Positions 24,394 to 37,367 of a stretch of DNA of 64,000 nt are shown here, one piece after another (position 1 is the first letter of the stretch; the number at the start of each line of letters is the position of its first letter). The translations under genes and the position numbers were made by a program. This DNA is from Catajapyx aquilonaris (Eukaryota): contig KZ537970.1 of NCBI GenBank assembly GCA_000934665.2, positions 1 through 64,000 of the forward strand, read 5' to 3'. The notes under the pieces are model-generated. The model saw only the letters and a program-made list of their open reading frames with translations. It had not been told where the DNA came from and did not search any database.

Positions 24394-27300
24394 CTGAGGG
24401 TGGAAAATCAGCGCATAAATTCAACAAGCACAAATAATAAACATGCGCTAATGTTATTAGTAATACACCTGTAATTATCCCAAACGGTATATCCTCTGTC
24501 AGTGCCGGTTCATATAATACTTTTGGTGTTTTAATTTCAAAAATTACCGATATTAGACAAAAGGTTGGGCACAGCTTCCTCAGGGCATTGTTTGTGCTGC
24601 AATCAACACTGCACCAGATTCAAGCCCTTAATTTTGTAGCACCTCTGCTCGATTTCAACCTGACACGAAGATATGCCGGTTAATTATTTCTCTTCATTAG
24701 TGTTCTGTGCCGAGCAAACTCTGATGAGCTTCATTAGGCTTATCGTGCAGGCCACTCCATCACATTTATTGCAAACCACAGAAATTTCAAACTTTCGGAC
24801 TCATTTCCGTTTACACACCCATGTCAAAATTCATCAATAAAAATGCATTCACAATTTTAAAAAAGTGACACAAAATCGCTGCATTGAAATATTTTGGACC
24901 CGCTCCATGTAATTACTGGTAAGACAATTAGAGTCAGGTAATGCGATTTCTTCAGTGCCCCTCGGGTGCAATAAGACATGAGAGCTGTATGGATGTGAGT
25001 GATGGGAGTCGCAAAGTTAAAAGACACTACACTCGAATCGAATCGATGGCCTGTCTTCCCCTCTGGCCCATATTTCAATTTGGAGCCAATGGGACCAGGC
25101 TTAAGTTTAGCGAATAGCATTTTGGCTTCCTTCCTGATTTTCTTCAGCAGAAAACACTTACCCTTTTCTCTCTAACCAATCGGACCTACAATATTTTTTT
25201 ACCTGGAAGGTCTTTGCTATAGAATGCACCAACTTTGCCGCAGCATCCTAGTCATATTATAGTGGAAGCATCAAGCCAGGCATTAATAGTGGATGATGCA
25301 ACAACAGGGATTCCTCAACACTCTAATAGTCACTTTGATCCCCACTTATTGATCCACTCAACAAGTACAACACTTCAAAGGCAACTTGGATCTCTTGGCA
25401 AAGTTGAAGGCGATATCAACTATCGGAGTTTGAGCGGTGTCTGTACCGTTGCTAACAAGCGTAATGGAATCCACTCGTTACCTGTCGCAAATGTGTCCAT
25501 CACGTACCCTCCCTTTGCTTCAACAAAGGGAAAATATGTGGGGAAAATATGCAAACACAGCATTTTTTTTGTGCTTACATTCAGCAATTCCAATCCTAAC
25601 AACAAAAAAAGGGAATGTCTGCCACTTACGAGTAATGTAACTTGCGCAAAATGTAATAATTGCAATAAATGACCGTGGAGCCATTTACGGTGGTGATGTA
25701 ACTTGCGGAAGTCCACTTGAATCCTTCCTCTGGTTGCTTATTCGTCTTCATCGATTACCAGCAATTGACTTGGACCCTTCGAGACAATTCTTTCTCGTTT
25801 TCTTCCGAGTCTCTCCCGGGGAAATGATTTCCTCTGAAGGAGAAGGAGTCGACTTTGCTCCTGACTGACATATTTCTCTCGGAAGCTGCTGGATCACGGC
25901 TGATCCTCCAGCCCGCGCTCTACTTAGCTTAAGGAGGAAAATATGTCGGGATAACCTCTTCTCTGCTGTTGCACGGAAATTAATGCGACCCCTTCCAAAA
26001 AATAAAATAAAAAAAGATTATGTTCTTTTGTGACGGTAAATAACGGGCAACAACTCACGGTCGGAGGGATGCTGCGCCGAGAATAGCTAATGTCAATAGT
26101 TCAGCCGCCAATAAAATCGATGCTACGTATGCCAGCAGCAATATGTGCTGCAGCGAAAGCATGCACGGTTGGCAAATATGCCGTGCATTTGGGTCTGACT
26201 CTATAATATCGACCTGTCACTGGTGATTTAAAATGTTCACACACGGCATAGGCGTAACCTTACAAAATTCAATCATAATTTTGTGCCCCCCCCCACCCCT
26301 CCATCTTCTCCTGTTGTCAAATTTGTTAACATCACTTTAATTGTGTCACTCGCTTATAAGCTTTCCATTATTATGGAAAATGCTGATAGTTCAGGGGACC
26401 TACAACCTTATGAGCTACAATAATAAAGAAGGAGCATACTACTGTATGTCTCGAGCTAATTTAAACCAGCATTTCTCAAAATAAGCACATGCTGTGAGTA
26501 GTAAACATATAAATACTCGTAGTATACATGTGGGCATCATGGCCTACTTTTATTATCACACAAGTGCGAATTTATTGCGAAATTTTTATCACAACTTGAC
26601 AGTGGTTCAAGATAAATATTCGTTCTAGAGAGATGCAAAGTGAGGCAATACTTATGCAGAAAATTTTGGATCATTCGTGACTGCATTAACAATGTTTGGA
26701 TTTATTATGTACGTAGTTATCTGCTGCATAATATGCAGGAAGATTTATGTTTGTGTAGTTGCTGATTTGTCTGCCTGTTCCATAGGATGGTCGGCGTTTT
26801 GCTGCACAGTACAGTAGGTCATGACCAGCAGCGGTTGTAAGAGGGTGTTAGGAGGGGCGATGCCATGGGCGGCTCGGGACCATATCTGGTGCTTTATACC
26901 CATTCCATGCCCACTTTCCTGGCACTCGCCTGTTTCATTACCCAGAAACGGGGTGGCTGACGTATTTTCAGGAGGAGACGTGATGCAAAGAGGAAGAAAA
27001 AGGAGGGACAGAGTATAAACTCAAATAAGACAATAGGCATTGTCCCTGGTATAGTAACGAATAATAATTTTAAAATCTTTCTCTATAGGGTGCATGCATC
27101 AATTCGATCAGAAAATTGTGACTCGGACTTCTGAAAATAAAGGCTTTTAATGCGCCTGACCAAGACTATAATGAGCACGCTTTATCAGAGGACACACTGT
27201 ACGATAAAATTATTGATGGAATCAACCTGTATCACTAACAATGCCAGTGGCATTCCAGGTCTTTTGCTGTTCTGCTGCTTACTGGTGCTTTTTGTAGTAG

Positions 27301-30300
27301 ATAGACACTGTCTGTTTTTTCCCCAGCAGTTTTCTGATTAGTACGTTATAAGCCCACAAAGTGCTGGAGATGCACTATGTCCATAAAGTTTTGGCCAAAA
27401 CGTTTCCTGGTGCTACACACACGTCAGAACTGCATTTCCCCCCATACACTTCACTTGGGGCGAGTGATGATGGTCACATATATGTAGAATACTTTTGACC
27501 GAAATATTTTTCTAGAGAGAGAGTACGTTTAATTCAAATAACATGCTAAATAAAGCAGTTCGAAGGGTGATAAAATGAAGTTAATGTAGTAATAAAGTAA
27601 ACTTCACGTCATTATCATTAGTGTGACTCAAATGTGCAAATTATTATTTCTCGCCTTCCGAAGCTGCTCAGAAGAAAAGAGAACATTTTTTTTTCTACAT
27701 CACGTCCGAAAGATATCAACAGATTATTATCGTCCAATTTAATGGGAGCTGTGGGACACCACCTTGCATAACAATCATTATTGGAACTCTCGGCACCAAA
27801 ACATTTCGGAAAAATAAACACTTTCAGAGTACAATGTGGTGAGGCATAATATTGTCACATAGTAAAATAAGAACAAGCGAAAGTGAATAATGAGGTAGAA
27901 AAGTAACAGTAATAGTAAAAGTAATAAACTCGTGCAGTACCCAATATTTGTATCACAGGCGGATGCAGTCATACTTATTTGTTTTCTCTATTTAAAAGCA
28001 CACCAAACCTTACATTGAGGTATTATATTTCAAATCAAAAGTGACATATTTTAATAACGCGTAAATGCACATTTGGGAGCGAAAATTATCGCCTCAAACA
28101 ATATTTCTTCCTACAAAGATTTGCTTTTCTGCAAGTTGGATTTCCCGGAGAAGGGGCGTTGATTGCAACAGGAGCTTATCCTGCTGCATGAAGACATTGA
28201 TTGGCATCTTCCTCCAAAGTTTCCCTAGGATTCTGATAGTTTTCTATTCAAAACACACCACTAGAATTGCGAGTAAATACTGACCATATTATTCGGCTGG
28301 TGGCCCGTACAGCTGGTTGACAATCAGTTGATGTCTTTTGAAATGTTGGTGAGTGTGCAAGTCACTTTGACGTGCCCCCTATACTACCGCCTACTGAGAA
28401 TAATAGTCTCAACTTTCTATACAAGTCAGCGCTACTACATAAGTTAAGTCTGTTGTCGTCAGCACGATGCCAAAGGCATACTTTGGCCATTGCACGCTGG
28501 CGTAATATTTTAAGTGTATAAATCTCACAAGACACGCCTGTACAGCCCATGTTATAGAACAATAATTATGAGCACAGCAATATTCCAAATGTTCAGATGG
28601 CGTCAAAAATGGGTAAACAACTTAATCATAATTTTGAGGAAGGTATGCCACACTTTCAATCACGACACAACTTATATATCACGTCTGATCTGATTGGACA
28701 TTCTCGTTGGTGCATGAAATTCGCGCACGTGATGTAGGCCTAATCTTGGGATGTGCCTAGGATATTTTTGGGGGGTACGTTAATCCCAGGCTGCCCCAGG
28801 CCATGACCATCCGCCTGAGAAGCAGGCAATCTGTGAGGCAAAAGAGGCGCATAGGTTAGCTGACTCACAGGATAAAGTTCGAACATCGCCACTTGCATTA
28901 TTTTCCAAATATGAATTTATTGTTAACATCTCGTTCTTTCAGAAGGAAAAGGTGCGAGAGCAGTAAAGCACATCCAGAAATCTTGCAAAAAGCAAAGTTA
29001 TTTTTCCCGTCCCGAAACAATAAAAAAAAAGAAACCAAATTGCCCGTCATTAAACGTCTCCCATATGCACAGTAGAATATTATTATTGTTCGGATATTAT
29101 TAGGCCGAAGGAGCAGGATTCCAAATGAATGGCGTAATTTTAGTACAAGATCTATTTAAGGTGCCTACCTTAAAGTTACACTAACAGTAAGTTGGGCAAG
29201 GAACAGTACAGAAACATTTCCTTTCTGTTTGGAAATGGTTAATCTTTCATCAGGGTTTTCAAAGTTGGGCCATTAAATCGCTCTGGGAATGAGAGTTACT
29301 ACTTTGGACACGCAAGGTTCGGGACGAAACAGCACAGAGTGCAATATAAAGGCCTCATATTTTCAGCTTTTGCGAAATAATTCTGTAAGACAAATAATAA
29401 TTCCCTACCGACGCCATCCAGTTATGCTTTTGCATGGCTTGTCTATAGTAATGGTTGTTAGACCATCACAATGAGTAACCTAATTATTTTAACCAACTAC
29501 AAACGCGAATTCGCAACAATCTTGGCTAGACAAGTTAGTCTCACTACAAAATGAATGCTAATGTATCAATTGGCCACTGAAGTACCGACAGAGTACATCC
29601 AATCATATGTCATTTTTTATGTGCTCCATTATTATTATTATTATTATTATTATTACGGTGGCGGCGGCCGTATAGTAGTGTAAAACCTTAAAGGAAAGGA
29701 CACTTCGCATATAGTCTGTGAGAAATCGTAATGTTTAATGCATGCTAAGGCATCCTTGTTTGTGTAGGCATAAACGTGCCATCATACACAAAGTGGCCCT
29801 TAAATCTTTCAAACATGTCATTATCAAGATTTAAACATCATGCACAATTGGTCGACACAATAACTTCAGATCAGCTTGCAAATGATTGACACGTTAATAA
29901 TAGTAGTTGTTTAGCCAATATAACCACAACAAGGTACGAGAAAAATAAAATCTAAACGTGTTCCATTCCTGTTAAATAATGTATACCCAATATTCCGCGT
30001 CCCATAGCAATACCCACTAAAATGGGAAAGTAGGTCAAAGTACCATGATACCGCGCTGCTGACCAACGGCTAAAACCCAGTTGCAAGACGACTCCTTGCT
30101 CAGATCTTAGAGGAGATAACGAAAGTCTAGACCCCCCCGGAAAAGTCTGGAGGAATGAATAGGTTAGCTACCAGCCCAAGATGAAAGGAGTGCTCATTGC
30201 GTATATCCAATAGGCTTCACTTCCGCATTAGTGGCCCTGCCTTCACACCAGCGATCGAATGTGATCGAGATCAGGCGTTGCAGTGAGAAATGTGTGTCAG

Positions 30301-30633
30301 ACGAGAGAGTGCTGCGATGCATTGACTCCAGGAGACATGGGAGTGGGGAAGTAGGTATGTGTGGCACCAGGCTCAGGAGAGGTGATGAGGGTTGGGGGGT
30401 GGGGACGATGGACACCCTGGCCCCTCCTCTCCAGTTTGGGGAGACCCGTCCTCGGTGTCTCTGGTTTCGGAAGTAGCAGCAGGGAGTAATGAATGTATAT
30501 AGAGGAGGAGGGGGAGGGCTGGGGGGGAAGGACAGAGAGGAGCTAGGGAATGGGAAGGGCAGGCAGGGNGGGGGGGGTTGTTTGTTTGTTTGTTTGTATG
30601 TTTGTTTGTTGACCCCCTGGCTGGCGTGCCTAC

Positions 30634-31870
30634 CATGAGAGAAGGCTTGAAGCAATCCTAGTAGACGCTGCTCCGGGGGCGGCGAGCCTCTTGATGGGCA
30701 GCAGCGCTGGGACAGGCAGCAACAGCATCGAGGGCGTCTGCATTGGCACCGGCATTGGCATTGGCAGCGGCAGCGGCATTGGCAGCAGCAGCAGCAGCAG
30801 CAGCGGGCTTCTTCATGCCGGAAGGGGCTCTCCATCACCTCTCCAGAGGACATTACCACGCCATCGTCTCCCTGCTGCTGCTGCTTCCCGACGGCTGCCG
30901 CTGCTGCCCTGCTGCCCTCCTCCCTCGATGCTCCTCGTTCCCTTTGCTTCTCCTCCTCCTCCACTTCCTCCTCCACTTTCTCCACTTCTTCGGTGAGGTC
31001 CTGCAGCTGCTCGACACCACCGACAACACAGACACCACCGCCACTAGCAGAACAGCTTTTGGCTTGTGCGCTGTTGCTGCTGCTGCTGCTGCTACTACTA
31101 CTTCCGCCTGCTGCTCCTTCTGCTCCTGCAGCTGTCGACGACGATTCTCCTTTGGGTCGACGGCCACTGGCACTAGCACCACTCTCACTCTGAGCACCAG
31201 CACCAGCACGGCCAACACTTCCAGCACCGCTGCCGCTGCCGCTGCCGCCTCTGCCGCCGCCACCACTATTCAGGCCGGTGCCGCTTCCGCCACTCCTGCC
31301 ACCACCGCCGCCGCCGCCGCCGCCGCCTCCTCCTCTTCCCCCTCCTCCTCCCCCTCCTCCTCCACAACCACCACCACCACCGCGGGCACCAGCACCAGCA
31401 CCCAGGAGGATCTGCCTCCGATTGGGGTCCGCTACCTCTTGGCCTGCCAGCCTAGTCACTCTGGCCCTACTTCTGCTGCTCTCTTCTCTCCCTCCCTCCC
31501 CCCTCCCTCCTCCTCCTCCTCTCCTGCCTCCCTCCTCCTATCCTGCACCCTTATTCACTCCTCTGGTGCCACAAGCATCACCAGCACCACCACCATTCCT
31601 TCTCTCCTTTCTTCTTCTTCTTCTCCGCCACCACCACCACCGTCGCCTCCTCCTCCTTCCTGCCCCCGGAACCGGGTCGCCGATGCTGCCATCTCCCACG
31701 TCCGATCGATGCGCCTCGGCCAAGTTGCCACATGTACGGCGCCCGCGCCCCAACACCATCATGGACCAGCCAGGAGGAGGAGGGATGCTGAGGGAGGGAG
31801 GGAGGGAGGGGGGCCACAGGGAGGGTAGAGGAAGATGGAAGGAGACGTACGGTACGCACACACACACATG
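30634..31870 (-). other. Probable GC-rich first exon / 5' region of Drep2, ending ATG|gtaggc
   Basis: GC island with CAG/GCC/GGA triplet runs. ATG at 30636-30634 is directly followed by GTAGGC; a phase-0 join to 24393 gives [10 protein letters not shown]. The 5' limit is approximate. Confidence 0.5.
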
Positions 31871-33954
31871 CACAAACCATGTCGAAAAATCTCACTTCCC
31901 TTTTTGGACCATTCCCATTCGATCAACTCAATAGACCTGTTCCATCAGCTGTTGCCCCATTTTTACATGGCCATAATGGCTGCATTTGCAGGTTATTGGG
32001 ACACTGACAACAAGGCTGCACCATTTTACTGATTTACGTGCGAGTTTACGTGTGTTGATCCACGCGTATTTTACGTACAAGGATTTGTTCCGTTTCCGTT
32101 TGTGACGTCTGTACAATAATTCATCCTGCCGCATAAAGGTGTGCCCATTCTTACACCGTTGGGAAATATTGCCCTAAAATTAAGCAATTGTCAGCGAGGC
32201 ATTGCGGGCTCCCATAGTACTTGGCACTCCAAGGCATCCTAACACTTAATGAAACGTAAATAAAGCAAAAGCAGGTCAACGCCACATCCAAGGCCTCTCA
32301 TTGTATATTTACGCTCAGAAAGGTACGTTACAGTACATGCTACGTAATGCAATGGGTAGCTGAGGTTTCCCAGACGCTTCCTGCACCTATATTTCAATAA
32401 CGCCATTTGTAGGTCAGGAGGTCAATCGGATATGTTGTCGCAGGAGATTCACCCCCGGCTATACGGAGCATAGTAAATGCGTTGCATATCATAGTGCGGT
32501 TTACTACTTTTCACTTCATCTACAGTAAACCTCGATGCAATTGACCTATGATATTGCCCTAGAAATAACCAGGTCGCGTTTGAGCGAGATGGCTATGAAC
32601 AAATAGCTGATGCTGTTTGTAAACTTGGTAATCCAGTGAAAGCGGGTTTACGGATTCTGGATGCCTCTCGCCTACATGGTTACGAGGTAGGAAGTGTGTG
32701 CGCCTATGAATCGATAGGCCTAAAGGGTGGCGCACTCTTCGCACCACCTGTTGGTTCCTTTCAGACCTATCCCTAAGCGTGGGCACCCCGAATCCTCCAC
32801 CTACGCAAACCTGCATTGCAGTCACTAAACTCTCCCAAAATTACATGACCTTTCCTCCATCCTTACCTTGTTCTCCACATGTTTCGAGTCATTCCCGATG
32901 ATCCAGCGAGTCATTTATGGCCCGGCACGCCCGGCACATATGCCCGATGATATGCGAACCTGCGAACAACGGACCTTGATTAAGTCACACACACACAACT
33001 ATATGGGACGAACTGGCTCTTACAGTGTTTGGGAGACAGCTCATTCCGCACCCTGAGCCCCCAACTCACATCTGCCTTCCCACACATCTACACCCTTTCT
33101 GCAGCAGCACTACCCACACTACATAACGTTGAATCAATGTGGGCGGAAAGGGGGCCTCTGACGTGCAAAATGGTCACAGCACAAGGCCCCTCCGGGAGTC
33201 CAGTCTCATGCACTCGATCCCCACCTATACTGCTACACTGTTCCGAATTGAGCGGCAACTTGTGCGCCAAAACTTCGCCCCCCCTCCTCGCCCCACCGAA
33301 CTACACCCCCATTTGACTCCAACCCCCTCCGTTTGTTTCCTCTCATTCCCGGTAGGTGGGGTTGCATACCCCAACCGGCACTTGATGCCAGCTGACTCTT
33401 GGCGCCAGACGTTTGATCTTACCTTTTCCCAAAATGATGAGCTCTGTGTGGGCAGGCCTGCTGTGCGGTAAGGGCCAAACAAACAGGACATTTTTGAGAT
33501 CCGTATAGATATATTCTTTTTAATTCCCAGCAATGTAGTGTTGTTCGGAAAGTGTTAGTATGTCGTACAGTACGAGTTTTTGAAAAAATGGCTGATCGTT
33601 GCTTCCTTCAAAAAATGACAAATGTCCTGGTTGTGTATACAGTACCTTGTAAGAAAACAGGTGTGTTTTGTACAATCTTTATAATATACCTCTATTGCAT
33701 TTTATAGATTTATATATTTTACATATTTCACTCTTCTATTGATTATCAATGATATTATTTTTCACAAACAAAACGGGCTTACTCACACCTCCCATTTGCA
33801 ACCCCATGGTTGCTCCTTACATCTATGACATCTTTAATTGCATACAATCAATTCCATCGAGGCATTTCCTTTATATATACAGCACTTAAAAAGGGATACA
33901 ATTATATCACACACAACGAAACAAGCAACAATAAACGGTTACAAAACCATACTC

Positions 33955-33960
33955 TTTATT
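33955..33960 (-). terminator. Candidate polyadenylation signal of the calmodulin-like gene (~3.4 kb 3'UTR)
   Basis: AATAAA on the minus strand in an AU-rich context between the CaM-like stop and the Drep2 5' region. Confidence 0.35.
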
Positions 33961-36900
33961 GGTTCAACATGAATATAACTTTGGATTGAAACCCTCATAT
34001 AGTCTTCTTCCACCCCCTTTTCTTTAGTCAACATTTCCCCTTCGTACCCCTCTATTTCCCCCTTAGAAAGACCTATCTTTTCACCACCCAAACACTCTCA
34101 TATAGAGTCACCCTTTCTCTTCAAACAGCAGTGAGAAAAAAAGAGACTTGCGCTTATCATCGCATTCGTCCTTCATGCAACCAACGTGATTAATTTGTGA
34201 AGACTTCCGAGCCGCTTCGGCTCAAATGCTTATTCCAACATAAGTACATTGAAATAATATTTGTAAAAGAAAAGAGGAAGCGTACGGTATACGACACAGT
34301 GGACGACTGGACGTACAGCTACTGTACTTTTGGGGGTCATTCATGGCCACCAGGGCCTTTGAAAATGATAAAAACAACTCCAGGTGTCCACAGACACCGT
34401 TTCCAAAAGTCGAGTACACAATGACTATTATTTATAGTTATCATAATAATAATAATTATCATTATAAGTATAGTTGTAATTGTTTATCCTACTTGTTACA
34501 ATATGTAAAGCAGACTGGCCCTCAAAAGCGGGCAAGCCGTACCCAGTCATATAGAACGAACCCCTTTCCGTGATAATGTGGCGGGATCCATCATATTAAG
34601 AAACACAGTTGTACCAATGTAGGTAGGTCAGGTTGAAGTTAAGGTTAAGGTTGTGTGTGTTGAGAGTGTATTTTTTTCTCTCTTTGCAGATACAAGACTA
34701 GCGCAGGGGGGAGGACAGATGGACCGACTATGACGAACTAACGATAGTTGGCCGGTTGTGTAGTGCAGACACGGCTGAAACCCTCTGGTACAGCGTCCGT
34801 CGAGATGGTAGAGTCACACTTGTGGACAACATCATTTTTTTAAAACGGTTTTTTTTTTCTAGTGAGTTGGCGCCTGCCTATTGCAGCGCAACCTGTAAAA
34901 CCAGGAGCAGCAAACCCCGCCATCTTGGGAGTAATGTGTAGATAGCGAGGGCAGCATCACGAGGGCAGGAAGAGAAAAGGGGAAGAGGCCACTTCTTTTG
35001 AAGGTAGTGAGTGACCTGCTAACCACAGGAGTCATGCGCCCACACTGTTTGTTTCTTTTGGCATGCGTTGAGTTTCATTTCAGGACGGGGGCTCTGAGTG
35101 CAGCCGATGGTTACGTCACCGAGCAATTGCACGAATAAAAAAAAATTAAAGCACGGCTAAACAACCTAAACGATCGACATTTGCTGTCAAAAGGAATGTG
35201 GATTACAGAACCAGGATGAGCGAATCCTTACGAGGGACTCGTGTAACATTTTCCATGTCCGTGTCGCATTGTCCTGAAGCCTAACTATCATTATTTGTTT
35301 AAAGGATTGTAAAGTTATAATATTAGACAATGCAAATCACAGGTTACACCACCATCTGTACTTATATGGTAGTCTGATTACAACCGTATTTTAGGGCCCG
35401 TCAACAGGCATGTGCTATAGATGCAAAGTTGTGTAATCAGACTCGACAGAAGCTGGTGCAACCGGCCCTTAGAATGAAACTTGGTTCAATTCCCGAGAAA
35501 CCAGTAGTACTTGAAAGAAGGAAGCCATAAACACCGTTAGTGTCAAAAATGTACTGGACAAATATACTAGAAAAAATAGGTGCTCAATGAACCAGGTATT
35601 TTCTCTTGTACTTCCACGACATTGGAACCCTGAGACGATAAGCCTGGCACAACTGCATAACTTCTCTGCATACTTCTAATCGATTGCAAGATTCATTTCA
35701 TATCTTCATTTTGACGTAGCTAGTCGTTTGCAAGGAAAAGAGTGATCATAGAGACGCTATTAGGATATCTCTGCAATGAAGACTTAGCAAGAGTCCGTAC
35801 AGAAGACGCTCATCCTGAATATCCTGCAAAGCTGGCATGACGGTGAGCTTTTTGATTTAAAAAAATTAAACAAAAACTAGGGATGGACGATGAACAAACA
35901 CCACGGCTGCTACACCGAGGGCACATCCTGACAAAGTCCCAACAACAGAACGCCGAAAGAGAATAATATCCGCATACAAGCAGACACCTTTCACTCATCA
36001 ACATAGAACAAGGCTAGCTAGTTTTACAATAACAACTGGAACAAACATTCAGGGCACGGAAAAAAGTGTCGACACTGGCAGCTTTTTAGGGCGGCCGAAG
36101 AAGAAGTCGAAGAGCACACGGGGTCCTCTGAAATGGGACATTTTAAAAGGTGGGTATTTTACCTTGGGGGTGGTTTCGGTATTACAGACAGGCTGGGGTT
36201 GAAGGTTTTTGTACCTGCCGCCACGTGGGCTTTGATACATCGCAGGTCAGGGGTTCAAGAGTGACTGAAACTGTTAGATATGGCCCCTTTTCCTCTCCTG
36301 AACACCGACAAATTCCTTCCATATTATTAGTATTTTTTCCTTTAATCGGGGCTAGACTGGCTGGGCTTCTACGCAGCGAAAGTGAGACAGAAGAAAGGTG
36401 GGGCGTCTACCTAAAAATAGTGTCTTGGAAGGAAGAAAAGACGGAAGGACGAACTTGGTGGAATAATAAGCATAGGAGATACAAAACTATAGGAATGGAC
36501 GCTTAGATTTCGCCAGTGGCGTTTGGAATAAAACCTCTCTCTTTCTCTTTCTCTCCCTTCCTCTCTTATTTTTTTTTTAAACTCTCGCTGTGCTGTGATG
36601 ACCACTCAAAGGTCAGCCCTCCACGGAAGATATCAGTAGGACACGTCATGAATGATCACTTCCCACTACTGTAGAAATACCATAGGCGGTAATAACCACC
36701 CACGCGCGTGTAAACACTGGTGTTGCATAATTCAAACTGGAATATTTTGCTAAAAATATATTATTTACAAAGCTATCTATCCTGGTAGGGGCTGTGGGTG
36801 ATAATATTGTTGCTGAGTAGGATTCTCTTTTGTTGTTGTTGGGGGGTTGGGTTATTTGGGGGCGTGGGGTAGTTGGTCATGAGACCTACTGTCCCGGATT

Positions 36901-37367
36901 TGTGCTGCGAACCCAAGATATAATAATTCTTCTTCTTCTTTTCCCCTCAGTCATTATTCTGGAGGCAGATCAAGAAAGTGGACGTAAGCCACACAAAAAA
37001 AACAGGAGAAACATCTGCAGGTATTATATAGGCCTGGGAAAAACAAGAAGCGCTTACACAACCACAGCGGTCATTCTTCCCAGAAATTGTTGGGGAGTAA
37101 TAGAGGTGAGCCTTGGATGGGCGGGGGTGGGATCAACACATGACAAAATAGACCTCCGATTGACTTCGCGCAGTTGATCCTTCAGGAGTATGCCGACAGA
37201 TGTGTGTCTTCGGGTTTAATGGTAAGGATATGGGGGGAGTGGGAATGTGGGTTGGGGGGAGAAGGGATGGTTTGAAGGAAAATTGCGTGGGTGAAGTGCA
37301 GGGTGGGAAGTCATCGTCATCATCATCCTCGTCGTCGTCATCATGTCAGTGGCGTCCCGAAGGGCCG

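Noticed and set aside
30700..30810. Metallothionein-like Cys-rich peptide RCCCCCCCQCRCRCQCQCRCQCRRPRCCCC
   Set aside because: It is the shifted reading of GCT/GCC/AAT repeats (poly-Ala in the neighbouring frame); there is no independent evidence of coding.
30743..31934. Plus-strand ORFs of 361 aa and 218 aa
   Set aside because: Low-complexity antisense readings of triplet repeats, with no domain or splice support.
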